The translations under genes were made by a program, and so were the position numbers. 64,000 nt of DNA from a virus. The stretch is from IMG/VR virus record IMGVR_UViG_3300046330_000229, positions 1-64,000 of that record; one strand, written 5' to 3'. The notes beneath the pieces are model-generated. The model worked only from the letters and a program-made list of their open reading frames with translations, was not told the origin of the DNA and did not search any database. Shown piece after piece: positions 1 through 10,085 of the stretch (positions within the stretch are counted from its first letter, which is position 1; the number at the start of each line of letters is the position of its first letter).

Positions 1-479
1 GCTTTACTTCCACCAGCCATAGCGTGACCAAAAGCATTACCAGCATCTAGCCACAAAGCTTTCTTCAACATACTGTCACGGTCGTCTTGTGCCGCAACTA
101 AAGAAGGGTCAACTGTACCACTAGCTGTAAGCTTAGAAAGAATTTCTTCCATAGAAGGTTGCTTTTGTACAGGAGCTTCTTCTTTTGGTAGTTCTAAAGG
201 TTTATCTTTAAATGCAAATGGTAGTGACGGTTTAATTTTAGAAGGCTGAGGTATTACATCAGCTTGTACGTTCAACGGCTGAGAAGAAAAGTCCAACGGT
301 TGCCCGCGTAAACGAGGAGATTCAATTAAATCAATAGCATTATTCATAGGTTCATCTGCTGCAATCTTATCTGAAGATAAGGCAGCTCCGACCATTTGAT
401 TCTCTTCTGGAGATTTAGAATAATCGTAGATAGCTTCTGGTGTTCCAGCTAATAGTTTTTTAATAAAATCGCTATTCAT
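1..479 (-). CDS. Partial ORF running off the window edge; probable internal virion/ejection protein
   Basis: ATG at 479 overlaps the TAA of the upstream gene (TAATG); reads MNSDFIKKLLAGTPEAIYDY...; follows two ejection-like genes. Confidence 0.6.
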   Translation of the reverse strand, partial: MNSDFIKKLLAGTPEAIYDYSKSPEENQMVGAALSSDKIAADEPMNNAIDLIESPRLRGQPLDFSSQPLNVQADVIPQPSKIKPSLPFAFKDKPLELPKEEAPVQKQPSMEEILSKLTASGTVDPSLVAAQDDRDSMLKKALWLDAGNAFGHAMAGGSK

Positions 480-1516
480 TATGTCACCGGTTTCTTTTTC
501 TTGTCATCAGGATTATTAGCAATGTATGCAGCGGCACCTTTAGAAATACCATCAAAAACACCAGCAGTCATGGCGTTATCACGAGCTTGATTTTGAATTT
601 GATTGTTAGCAAAATTAACATTAGAATTAGTCATTCCACCAAGCTTAGTAACTTGATTACCAAATGCTGTATTTTTAGCGTTAGCATTTGCGTTTTGTTG
701 AGAATGCTGCATATTAGTGTTGTTATTTAAATTAGCTTGTCTATTGGTATTATTGTACTGTAAAGCGTTGTTGAATCTATCAACATTAGAATTACTAACA
801 TTAGCACGTTGTGATAAGTTGTTTAATTCTCTTGTATTTTTAGCGTTAGCTAAGTCAGCTTGTCTAGCATAGTCTGTATTTTCATATTGATTAGCCAATA
901 CGCCACCTTGTGATATAGCATCAAGAGAACGTTTAAGACCTTGTGCTTGCATGTCACGAGCTGCTTGTCCAGATGAATTTGCTGCACCTTGTGCGGCCAT
1001 CATACGTTGAGCAAGGGCCATATCAGAGTTACCAACTCCACGCATATCTTGGTTTTGTTGTAATTGTTTTAATTTAGAAGTCAAATCCGCTTCTGAAGAA
1101 GAACGTTGATTTTGTAAATCATTTAATTCATTAGCTGTAAATCCACCAGACGCTATTTTTTGTAACGTTTCTAGTGCTGACGTTTTAGCTTGTGCTAAAC
1201 GTGGATCTAAATTTACATTCTCGAGATTATCAGTCATAGATAATTGTTGAGCTTCGTCTTCTCTGTTAGCTATATCACCCGCATAATCGTATCTATTATA
1301 ATTAACCGCTAAATCATCAGCCGTAGGAGCAGTTAAAGCTGCCCATAGAGCTTGATTCTTGGCTAATTCTTCCGAACCGTCCTTATCGTCTCCGCCAGCT
1401 AGCCCGCCGAGTCCGCCTAAAACGCCACCAATAGCAGCGCCCCAAGGTCCAAATGCGGCACCAGTTGATGCTCCTGACGCAGCTCCCGCCATAGCTTTTT
1501 GTTCTTTTTTAGCCAT
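479..1516 (-). CDS. Internal virion / DNA pilot (ejection) protein
   Basis: N-terminal Gly/Ala-rich GAAFGPWGAAIGGVLGGLGG segment, Q/N-rich helical body, position after the tail nozzle gene. Confidence 0.65.
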   Translation of the reverse strand: MAKKEQKAMAGAASGASTGAAFGPWGAAIGGVLGGLGGLAGGDDKDGSEELAKNQALWAALTAPTADDLAVNYNRYDYAGDIANREDEAQQLSMTDNLENVNLDPRLAQAKTSALETLQKIASGGFTANELNDLQNQRSSSEADLTSKLKQLQQNQDMRGVGNSDMALAQRMMAAQGAANSSGQAARDMQAQGLKRSLDAISQGGVLANQYENTDYARQADLANAKNTRELNNLSQRANVSNSNVDRFNNALQYNNTNRQANLNNNTNMQHSQQNANANAKNTAFGNQVTKLGGMTNSNVNFANNQIQNQARDNAMTAGVFDGISKGAAAYIANNPDDKKKKPVT

Positions 1517-3236
1517 TAGTATTTCCTTTTAAAATTCTTAATAAATTGTTATATCCGATATTATTTGCATATTGATTAGCTTGATCTAAAACTTGAGAAC
1601 GGGCTTGATTTTCTGCTCTAGAGGCTACGCGACCGATTTCATTACCCCAATCGTTATTTATATTAGTGTTTGCATCGGACGCAGTATACGCAGCATTGTT
1701 TAAATTAGCAGCCACTTCATTTCTCAATCCGCTTGCTGATCCTCTTTGTTCTCCAGCGGACGTTCTTCTATTGATTAAATTGGAATTTAATATATCAGCT
1801 AAAGAAGCTTGTGCTTCCGAACCACTTACGGCCATTCCATCTGCGTTGTGACCAAAACCGTTCCAGCGCGAAAGCGTTTCATCCGCGCCGCCACTACCGA
1901 TAAATGATGATAATAAATCTTTTGTTCTAAAGTCTTCAGCTCTTTGTTTCAATGCGTCAGTTAAATATTGTTGACCAACTTGTTCTCCAGAAAATTTACT
2001 AGTTTGTCTTTCTACATTTTGATTTCCTAGTAATTTAGCTAGATCAGAGTATGCGTTTATATCAGACTGATTTAACACTTGACTTCTATCGTTAGCAGCT
2101 TCTTCTAGTAAACTGACATCCAGACCTTTATTCAAAGCTGAATACTCCGGCGCTCTAACTGTATTGAATAGTCTAACTCCGGAATAAGGATCAGTAGCGT
2201 CTACGGGTTGATTGTAAGCATTGGCATTGGCAGCACCTACGGTGTCTAGTCCCAAAAGGTTAGCAAATTCTGCTGTAGCACTATTTTCATCACGGAGAGT
2301 ATTGTATTGTGTATTTAAATCAGCAACACGCGCCTGTTTAGCAGTATTAAGATCCATAACTCGTTGATCTAAAACACTATCACGTTCTGCTTGCATAGCA
2401 TTCAAGCGGTCGTTCAAACTTTTCTCGTTTTGTAATTGAGTTTGAGTAAGTCCACCAATTTGATTTTGTATGTCAGCAGTTCTAGTTTTATCAGCTTGTA
2501 AACCGCTAACTTGTTCTTGTAAATTTCGGTTTACTTGATTTAGTGTACCAGATCTATCTTGCGACAATAAGGCATTGTCTAAATTCTTAACACCTAACCG
2601 TTGATTTTGTGTATTTAAAGCTTTCTCTAAAAGCTGTCCACGCTCACTAAAATTATTAACATTTTGTTGACGTTGTTTGTTTGTATCATAAGCTTTATAC
2701 GAAGCTTTTAAAGCATCTTGTGCTTCTTTTTCTGATTGCTCTTTTGTTTTCTGAGCTGTAGTGCTAAGAGATGTTCCAGCACTTTGTCCGGCATCAGCTA
2801 CGCCACGAAATTCATTTAATTTATTTTCATCAGCAGCTAAGGTTTGAGCGTAATTTTGTCCAGCTAAATTTGCTGAATACTGATTAACGTCATAAGCTTT
2901 TGCTGTAGGTGTAACAACTTGCGTTGTACCGCCATTTAAATTACTAGTGTAGTCTGCTGTTTTCGTGTTAAGTTGACCAAAGTTAGTATTAGCATCTGTA
3001 GCTTGTTTTACTTCGTTCTCTGTGTTACCTTTTAAACCTAAAGCTTCATTGCTTACAGTAGTTCCAACAGCATTAGCTAAACGTTGACCCGAACCTTTAT
3101 TTGCATTAAGATATTTTTGTAACGTTGACATATTAGAGCTTGACGCGACAGGTTGTGTCGTCTGTTGTGTCTGCTGTGGTGTAACATTACCACTGGAAAC
3201 ATTTCGATTTGCGTCTGCATTTGTGACTGTAGCCAA
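1509..3236 (-). CDS. Internal virion / ejection protein
   Basis: 575 aa Q/N/A-rich coiled-coil-like protein; TTG start with GAGG RBS and late-promoter motif upstream. Confidence 0.55.
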   Translation of the reverse strand: MATVTNADANRNVSSGNVTPQQTQQTTQPVASSSNMSTLQKYLNANKGSGQRLANAVGTTVSNEALGLKGNTENEVKQATDANTNFGQLNTKTADYTSNLNGGTTQVVTPTAKAYDVNQYSANLAGQNYAQTLAADENKLNEFRGVADAGQSAGTSLSTTAQKTKEQSEKEAQDALKASYKAYDTNKQRQQNVNNFSERGQLLEKALNTQNQRLGVKNLDNALLSQDRSGTLNQVNRNLQEQVSGLQADKTRTADIQNQIGGLTQTQLQNEKSLNDRLNAMQAERDSVLDQRVMDLNTAKQARVADLNTQYNTLRDENSATAEFANLLGLDTVGAANANAYNQPVDATDPYSGVRLFNTVRAPEYSALNKGLDVSLLEEAANDRSQVLNQSDINAYSDLAKLLGNQNVERQTSKFSGEQVGQQYLTDALKQRAEDFRTKDLLSSFIGSGGADETLSRWNGFGHNADGMAVSGSEAQASLADILNSNLINRRTSAGEQRGSASGLRNEVAANLNNAAYTASDANTNINNDWGNEIGRVASRAENQARSQVLDQANQYANNIGYNNLLRILKGNTNG

Positions 3237-3264
3237 GTTATACCTCTATATAATATATGTTAAA

Positions 3265-3672
3265 TTAGGAGCCATAAAACACAATAGAAAGGTTATATTC
3301 TACATTAGGTAATAACCCTGTTATCTGCTTTATTGTTATAATATTACCACTCAAAGAATAGACTAAAAAGGGAGCACCCGCAAGCAAGGAATTGTCTCTA
3401 CTGGTCGCTGACAACACCTGTGCTCCGCTAAGACGACTTTTAAGGGTGTACTTTATCTGTCCACTAGTTATAGGTTGACCTAGAGCATCGACTTTAATAG
3501 TTATACTTGTAGTCATGGCTGATAAATTTTCAGCCAAAGTTATATTGTTATTAAATCCGCTATAAACTTGTTCTTGAAACAAATTGAACACAGTAGCTAG
3601 TTTTTCAATCAAAGGTTGTTGATCTACATCAAAATCTTCTTTAACTAGACGTTTAAAGGCTGTTATTTTCAT
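3265..3672 (-). CDS. Virion (tail-associated) protein
   Basis: Directly follows the nozzle gene in the tail operon. Confidence 0.45.
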   Translation of the reverse strand: MKITAFKRLVKEDFDVDQQPLIEKLATVFNLFQEQVYSGFNNNITLAENLSAMTTSITIKVDALGQPITSGQIKYTLKSRLSGAQVLSATSRDNSLLAGAPFLVYSLSGNIITIKQITGLLPNVEYNLSIVFYGS

Positions 3673-3674
3673 AA

Positions 3675-6600
3675 TTACCTTCTGTAAGCCCTGTTACTAG
3701 TGACTTCATATTCATAACTGATACCTAATATATTAAATTTCATAAAACAACTAGACTGGTAAACCCTAGCTCTAATATGACGACATCGCTGCTTTTGTCT
3801 AGGAATTAAAGTTCTTAGTGGGTAAGCTGTGCCATTACCGCCAAAAGCCGTATTACCAAACAAAGATCTACCAAAAGATCCGTCTCCGTCTAGTGTATAC
3901 TCCGTATTTTCAAAGTCTCCAGAAAGGTCCGAAGCATACCCTATAGTTAATTTATTAAGACTGTTTTGTTCAATCATAACAGATCCACCACTGACATGTT
4001 TTAGTAGAGAAGGGTCACCTAAAGTGTAAAACGACCAAATTATCTCAGACTTTATGCTCTTATAATGAACAAGGCTGCCGATGTAAAAGGGAGCTTTGTA
4101 TTGAATGTTTACAAAATTTTGAGAATAGTCAACATAGGTAATAATCATATCTAATTCTATCATACCTTCGGACTTAGTGTAATTAGAAAAGAACACTCCG
4201 TTAGAATTATTTAATGAATCAACTATAAGATTAAACTGAGTTTGCATGTCAAAATTAACACTAGAGTTATCGTAATAGTACTCTTCAGATAAAGTACCGT
4301 TGCCTGTGGATAATAAATCTACGACATCAGTTTTAAGTTGGAAAGAATTAGAAGTTACGTTTGTAATTCTATAAGTAACACCATCAACCAGTTCATTTGG
4401 AGCTATAGGAGCATTAGGTGCTGGTAGATTAACCGTATTAAAAGTTACAACATCACCATTAACAAATCCATGCTGTACAAAATTAATATAAGACGTGTTA
4501 AAATCTATATCCAATGCTAAATTAAAAGTGGCAACTTTAGCGCCTTTAGTTAATGTAGCTAATCCTATAGTTCCGCCCATTGGTTGCGTTAGAGCAAGAG
4601 GAGCTAGAGTTGTTAACTGGAAGCGATTAAGGGTATTATCTATGTTAGTTACTTGATAGTACTGTCCTGATGTTAAACCTGTAATCGGCGGCACACCAGC
4701 AGTATATTTAACCACTTCATTGTCATATAAATAATCGTTTAATCCTGGGTTGTATGTGATGTAATTAAGAGCAACGTTTACATCTGCTGGAGTTACAGCG
4801 ACGTTAACCTTGGACAAATCTTTAGTATTTAATTCTGTAACTAATTGAGATAGAGCGTTAATAAAGTCTGCTCCACCTACATCAGTCAATTTAGGAAATG
4901 TTTGACTAAAGTTAAGTTGTGGATCAAGTTTTAATCTTGAAACTAAATTATTATACTGAACAACAGTTAAATATTGCTCCTGCACCAAAGCGTCGCCTAT
5001 TTCCATATCAACAGAGTTATCAACGTACACTCGGTTTTGAGAAATACCCGCAGTAGCTCTGTCGTAAGATCTATCGGCGTAATCACGAGAAGTAAGCTTC
5101 TTTCGTTCTTGTTCCACAGCAGGAATGTCGTCAGTACCTAGATATAATTTATTTTGAGCACTAACAATACCACACACGGCTGATTTATCGAAAGATGTCC
5201 ATGTTTGAGTAAAAGTGTTGTATCTGTATGCAACTTTGGCTGTAACATTGTTTTCGGTTGTTACAACAAATATAAGATAAGATCTATCCGCTTCGTAACT
5301 AACACCAAACGTTGCTGTTGAAAAGTTCGTAAAATTCTCACTAGTAACACGGTTAAGTATGTTTTCAATAGGTCTAGAAATTACACCAACACCGGTCTCG
5401 GATATTGTAGACACACCTTGTGTTGTTAAACAGTATATCTGATTGTTCAATACAACAGCACTGTCGGGTGCTATAATTGTAGCTGAGTTATCAATTAAAT
5501 TTACAGTAAATGTCTGCTCATTTTCGCCAGTAAGACGATACACGCCTTCTTCTTTTAAAATGAATAAACTATCTTGCAAACCGATAATACGTTTGATCGC
5601 CTTATCTTGTGGACCAATTCTGAAAGCATTAACTGTAGGGACCGCTTCAGGTTGTTGTTCTTTAGAGAACATAAGCACATTGTTTCCAACATTATTAGTA
5701 GAACTTTGAGCAGAATCTAAGCTCGGATTAAAAGAGGGATTAGGAATAATAAATCCTGTACCTGTTATAACAAAAGGTGAATTAGAAAAGTTCTTCTCTT
5801 CTAAAAAGAATTGTCCAGGTAAACTAGTATCAGTAGATAGATAATAAGCATTCACTGCTGAAGACGGTGTAAATGTGATAGTTTTAACTAACGATTTAGC
5901 TGTATCTTCAATAGCAGCAGCAGGAGATGCGTAACTAGAAAGTCTAACAAAACCTAAAGCTGGATTTTCACCAAAACCATCTTGTGCTTTAAAAATACTA
6001 GTAAGAGAAGTACCTACTTGTGTAGCTGAAACAACGTCTGTTACGGCTCCACTTGTTGCTGTTGTAACAATTATTTCACTTGTTGGAATAGTAACAAAAC
6101 CATCTATACAACCGAAATCTCCAGTTAAATTAATAGCATCTTTGATCTTTTCTCTAACACTACTAGAGGTAGCTCCTGGAGAAAGGGCGGTCAAGTCTAT
6201 TTTAAATAGAACACGACCTGGAACAATAGGAGTAATATCTGCTATGTTTTTATTAAACCAAAAAGAATATTTAATTTTATCATCAATAGATGTTAAGTTG
6301 AAGTAGTCACCAGCAGTAACGTTGTCGTATTCTTTGTTAACTATATTAGTTATTTCAGGCTTACCAACAAAAAAGTATCTATTTATTTGTGAAGATTTAG
6401 TTACGGTAATATACGATCTGTACACAACGTAGTTTAATCCGAATAAAGCACTGTCAGCAGCTATCGTAACCGTTGTTGTTGTAATAGCTGTAACTTGATA
6501 CTGCCCGTCAACAGAAGTAGTATTAGCTAATGCTATATATTGACCCACAGTGACTCCATGACCTAATCCTAGTGTTATGGTTGCGGGATTACCCGAAGCT

Positions 6601-7844
6601 GCTGGAGCATCGATACCCGACTTAAATCCATCAAATCCAAGAAAAGTCATGTCTAATTTTTGTGTTGTTTTAGTATTAGCAAACCAAGCTCTGTTTTTAA
6701 ATTGACAAATGTCTTGTGATACTGGAGGACGACTATTGGCTTGTAATATTCCTTCGCCAGAAAATTCATTTGTGTAAAGTGGCACACCTGTGTCACGGAT
6801 GACTTCAGGAGTACTGTCTGTAACAGTAATTACAGTAGAGTAACCGTCATAAGGTACTTCTAAAACTAGACGCATCTCGTCGCCAGAACCGTTTACAACT
6901 TGAACATTAGTTCTATATACTTGATAAAAATAATCCGTAGTAATACCAGAAGGGACACCAAAAGATATATCAACATCAGCGTTAATCTGTGTTATGTTTT
7001 GAATTACAGCTCGTTCACTTGGAACACCTAATATAAGATTTTTATTAAAATCCTTAGTGCCCCATACTATTCGGTAAGCAACTTCAACATCATTGGCAGT
7101 AGGAGGGATAGGTCCCAAGAATCCACCAGATCCAGTGAAGTTTAAAGATAAATCCATACCTAGAGCTTGGATACCACCAGCATCAGATATAGCAAAATTA
7201 TTAAGCTGTGATACTTTTTTAATTCCAGTAGCCGTGGTCAAATACATGTTACTATTAAGCTCTATTGACTTAATACGTAAACGATCAACAACTTCATTAA
7301 CAGAATACTCACTAACTAAAGTAGCTCTACCGATACCTAGATTAATGGCAGGATTAGATAGAGAAGTAGCTATTTCAAACTCGTCTTTGTTTATTACATT
7401 TAATACAACAAATTCAGAAACTTCATTTATACCAGAAGGAAACGGGTAGAATTGTACACCAGACAAAGAGTAATCTCTTGTCTTAGTGAAAAATAATTTA
7501 GTACCAACAGCAAAACCATGGTCTACAATGTTAATATTAGTAGAAGGTGAAGCCAATTGAAAAAGTTTAGTACCCTTCATAATAGTAACATTTGCTGGAG
7601 TATTTAAATCCAAGAAACCTAAACTATTATCAAAATGAACAAACACTCTATCTTTATAGCTTAAAAGAGATTTAGCAAAATCAGGAAGGTCAGCAATTAC
7701 CCGCATACCGCGACGAGGCTCTAGTATATTGTCTCTATCTATAATAGTGTTAGAAGCAACGGTAAGGCTACCCTCTGGTGCGCTGGAGATGTAATTGGGA
7801 AAAGTCGAGAGACCTTTTGTTGTATTAATAGAGCTAGTAGCCAT
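3675..7844 (-). CDS. Tail nozzle / tail tubular protein B-like, with large beta-rich insertions
   Basis: 1389 aa; N-terminal GL..F..S.APEG.L..A.N..ID......PRRG pattern and beta-propeller-like blocks typical of podovirus stabilisation/nozzle proteins; downstream of the adaptor. Confidence 0.65.
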   Translation of the reverse strand: MATSSINTTKGLSTFPNYISSAPEGSLTVASNTIIDRDNILEPRRGMRVIADLPDFAKSLLSYKDRVFVHFDNSLGFLDLNTPANVTIMKGTKLFQLASPSTNINIVDHGFAVGTKLFFTKTRDYSLSGVQFYPFPSGINEVSEFVVLNVINKDEFEIATSLSNPAINLGIGRATLVSEYSVNEVVDRLRIKSIELNSNMYLTTATGIKKVSQLNNFAISDAGGIQALGMDLSLNFTGSGGFLGPIPPTANDVEVAYRIVWGTKDFNKNLILGVPSERAVIQNITQINADVDISFGVPSGITTDYFYQVYRTNVQVVNGSGDEMRLVLEVPYDGYSTVITVTDSTPEVIRDTGVPLYTNEFSGEGILQANSRPPVSQDICQFKNRAWFANTKTTQKLDMTFLGFDGFKSGIDAPAASGNPATITLGLGHGVTVGQYIALANTTSVDGQYQVTAITTTTVTIAADSALFGLNYVVYRSYITVTKSSQINRYFFVGKPEITNIVNKEYDNVTAGDYFNLTSIDDKIKYSFWFNKNIADITPIVPGRVLFKIDLTALSPGATSSSVREKIKDAINLTGDFGCIDGFVTIPTSEIIVTTATSGAVTDVVSATQVGTSLTSIFKAQDGFGENPALGFVRLSSYASPAAAIEDTAKSLVKTITFTPSSAVNAYYLSTDTSLPGQFFLEEKNFSNSPFVITGTGFIIPNPSFNPSLDSAQSSTNNVGNNVLMFSKEQQPEAVPTVNAFRIGPQDKAIKRIIGLQDSLFILKEEGVYRLTGENEQTFTVNLIDNSATIIAPDSAVVLNNQIYCLTTQGVSTISETGVGVISRPIENILNRVTSENFTNFSTATFGVSYEADRSYLIFVVTTENNVTAKVAYRYNTFTQTWTSFDKSAVCGIVSAQNKLYLGTDDIPAVEQERKKLTSRDYADRSYDRATAGISQNRVYVDNSVDMEIGDALVQEQYLTVVQYNNLVSRLKLDPQLNFSQTFPKLTDVGGADFINALSQLVTELNTKDLSKVNVAVTPADVNVALNYITYNPGLNDYLYDNEVVKYTAGVPPITGLTSGQYYQVTNIDNTLNRFQLTTLAPLALTQPMGGTIGLATLTKGAKVATFNLALDIDFNTSYINFVQHGFVNGDVVTFNTVNLPAPNAPIAPNELVDGVTYRITNVTSNSFQLKTDVVDLLSTGNGTLSEEYYYDNSSVNFDMQTQFNLIVDSLNNSNGVFFSNYTKSEGMIELDMIITYVDYSQNFVNIQYKAPFYIGSLVHYKSIKSEIIWSFYTLGDPSLLKHVSGGSVMIEQNSLNKLTIGYASDLSGDFENTEYTLDGDGSFGRSLFGNTAFGGNGTAYPLRTLIPRQKQRCRHIRARVYQSSCFMKFNILGISYEYEVTSNRAYRR

Positions 7845-7846
7845 GA

Positions 7847-9181
7847 CTATCTCCCTCGATAGATGTTGTTTTGTGTTCTCGTTATAAGCCCGTGTCTTGG
7901 TACAACCTTTAACGGAGAAGACTCTACGCGATTATCTATAAGACTTGCTGTCTTTGCTTCCATATCAGCAAGCTTAGCTGCTGCTGCTTGAAGACCCGTA
8001 TTGTCACCTAGAGACTCAAGACATCGCATTGCTGCACGTTGTGCTAGCATTGAGTGTAGTTCTATCGGTATTTGTGGTATAGTTGTTTCTTCGGGTAAAG
8101 CTATTACATCATTAATTTGTAATTTAGCTGGAATAGTAATAGTTCCAGCCTGATCAACTACCTGAATTACTGGTATAGTGTTAGTGATAGTAAAGTTATC
8201 GCCTACAGAAATACCAATACCGCCATTTTCGATAGCAAAACTATCCGAAGTTACTGCGGTCATGATTAGACGATTGTCCACGAAAGTACTATTGAATAGA
8301 TTAGATAAAGCGGTAATCACGTCAGCGTTAGAAGTGGCTGTTGTACAATTAACTCTGTAAATATTAGCATTAGGTACAATTGGTGCAGCAGAGGCAGTTA
8401 AGTCAATCCAGAAAACATTAAGTGTGTTTAGTCCGTTTGAATTATCTGTAACTGTAATATAAGAAGATGAAACTAAAGATGAAAATAAAGGTAAAGTTGA
8501 AGTTATCTTTTTAATAGTGCCGAATGTATAATTTAGGTTAGTGTCAGAAATATAGCCGTCTGGTGTAATTTCTTTAGCTACTAAACGGAAAGCTGATTTA
8601 CTTGATGTAATATCAAAATTCAACACATTTAAAAAACTCTCAGGCACTTTATCAACGGTAACTAGTCCGTTGTTTTTGTTAACATTAGTAACTACAGCAG
8701 CGTTGTTCTCGCTTACCATAGTGTTTGGTCGCATATAGTATGAAACAACAATAAAACCAGGAGCAGCCGAAACTGAACCAGATAAAACGATTTCATCGCC
8801 TTCTAAATAAAACGCACGTAATCCACCATTACCAATAAAACTATTGTAGTATGAATCTGAAATATCTTCTACAGCAATACGAGTCATTTCGTATTGATTT
8901 ACACCGTCAGAATATGAAACATCTCGTAATTTATTACCGATAGCACGACTAGGTATTTGGTAACGAGTAACGTTCTCTGATACAGGTATACGTTCTGTAA
9001 ATAGGAAATAGTCTTCATGATATTGCATGACATGCGGGACTACACCGAGATCCATTTCTTCATTAATAAAATAAAGAAAATCCTCTTCAAGAAAGGTATT
9101 TGTACTTTGTGGAATTGCGGCACGAAGTTTAATCGAATGGATTAACTTATTCGTACTTAACGTTTTATTATTGGTAGCCAT
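7847..9181 (-). CDS. Head-tail adaptor / tail tubular protein A-like, with insertion
   Basis: Helical N-terminus (LIHSIKLRAAIP...FINEE) and C-terminus (PQIPIELHSMLAQRAAMRCL) typical of adaptors; synteny. Confidence 0.6.
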   Translation of the reverse strand: MATNNKTLSTNKLIHSIKLRAAIPQSTNTFLEEDFLYFINEEMDLGVVPHVMQYHEDYFLFTERIPVSENVTRYQIPSRAIGNKLRDVSYSDGVNQYEMTRIAVEDISDSYYNSFIGNGGLRAFYLEGDEIVLSGSVSAAPGFIVVSYYMRPNTMVSENNAAVVTNVNKNNGLVTVDKVPESFLNVLNFDITSSKSAFRLVAKEITPDGYISDTNLNYTFGTIKKITSTLPLFSSLVSSSYITVTDNSNGLNTLNVFWIDLTASAAPIVPNANIYRVNCTTATSNADVITALSNLFNSTFVDNRLIMTAVTSDSFAIENGGIGISVGDNFTITNTIPVIQVVDQAGTITIPAKLQINDVIALPEETTIPQIPIELHSMLAQRAAMRCLESLGDNTGLQAAAAKLADMEAKTASLIDNRVESSPLKVVPRHGLITRTQNNIYRGR

Positions 9182-9183
9182 TA

Positions 9184-9525
9184 CTACTCCTTAGCAAGAG
9201 TAGCTTTTTTCTCCGCTAATTTTGCCATTAATGCGTCAATTTCTTCAGGTGTTTCTACTGATTCTACGATGTCTTCTAGAGAATCTTCTGACTCTTCCAT
9301 TTCTTCCATCGGATTTTCAGCAACAACTTCCTGTGCCTTCTCTAGACCAGCTTCTAACGAAGCGTCATCGGGAGCAGATACAGTTACCTTCTTCATAGAC
9401 TTAACGTCATCAGACATTAAATCTCCGGCCATTTTACGCATATCTTTAATAGCTTTAAGCTTAGCTTCCTTTTCAATCGGATCTATGCTCTTTTTAGCTC
9501 CTAATATAGCTTTTAAATCGTTCAT
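9184..9525 (-). CDS. Acidic hypothetical protein, late
   Basis: ORF with GGAG RBS and late-promoter motif upstream. Confidence 0.6.
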   Translation of the reverse strand: MNDLKAILGAKKSIDPIEKEAKLKAIKDMRKMAGDLMSDDVKSMKKVTVSAPDDASLEAGLEKAQEVVAENPMEEMEESEDSLEDIVESVETPEEIDALMAKLAEKKATLAKE

Positions 9526-9557
9526 CGTGCGGTCTCCTATATATAATATATGTTAAA

Positions 9558-9785
9558 TTAAGGTTGTTTCTTGTATATGTCTTTGCCGATAGTAATACCG
9601 CCAATATAACGTCTTAGTTTAGCTAATGTGCCAGCTTCATCAAACGCTTTGTCTACAGCATGTGTGCGAGCTTCTGGTTCTAAGTTATTGATTTCATTAG
9701 CTATAACAGGATCAAGTAATTCAGTAGGGTCGTATTTAGGATTAAAGTAGTCCTCTACGGTAGCTAGTTTTCGTTTTGAGTCCAT
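9558..9785 (-). CDS. Hypothetical protein
   Basis: ORF coupled to neighbouring genes. Confidence 0.5.
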   Translation of the reverse strand: MDSKRKLATVEDYFNPKYDPTELLDPVIANEINNLEPEARTHAVDKAFDEAGTLAKLRRYIGGITIGKDIYKKQP

Positions 9786-10081
9786 TATATAACTCCTGTA
9801 AATTTTAAGACTAAAGTTAATAACAATATACCGCAGATGCCTGTCATATTATATAGTCTATCAATCAGTTGTTGATTTAAAGGTTCAATCACAGTTTTTT
9901 CAACAATTTTGTCAATATACTGAATTTCTGCTGGTTTTTCGATGTATACAATCTTTTCAACTTCTACAGTTTGAATAGTAGGAACTTCAACAATCTTATC
10001 AATATACACTATTTTCTCAACAACTGCGTGTTGCTGTTTTAGTTCTGATTTTTTATGAATGCCCGATACCATCTTTGCCAT
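9785..10081 (-). CDS. Small membrane-anchored protein with VEKIVY-type repeats
   Basis: Repeats EKIVYIDKIVEVP / EKIVYIEKP / YIDKIVEK plus a C-terminal hydrophobic helix. Confidence 0.55.
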   Translation of the reverse strand: MAKMVSGIHKKSELKQQHAVVEKIVYIDKIVEVPTIQTVEVEKIVYIEKPAEIQYIDKIVEKTVIEPLNQQLIDRLYNMTGICGILLLTLVLKFTGVI

Positions 10082-10085
10082 AATA

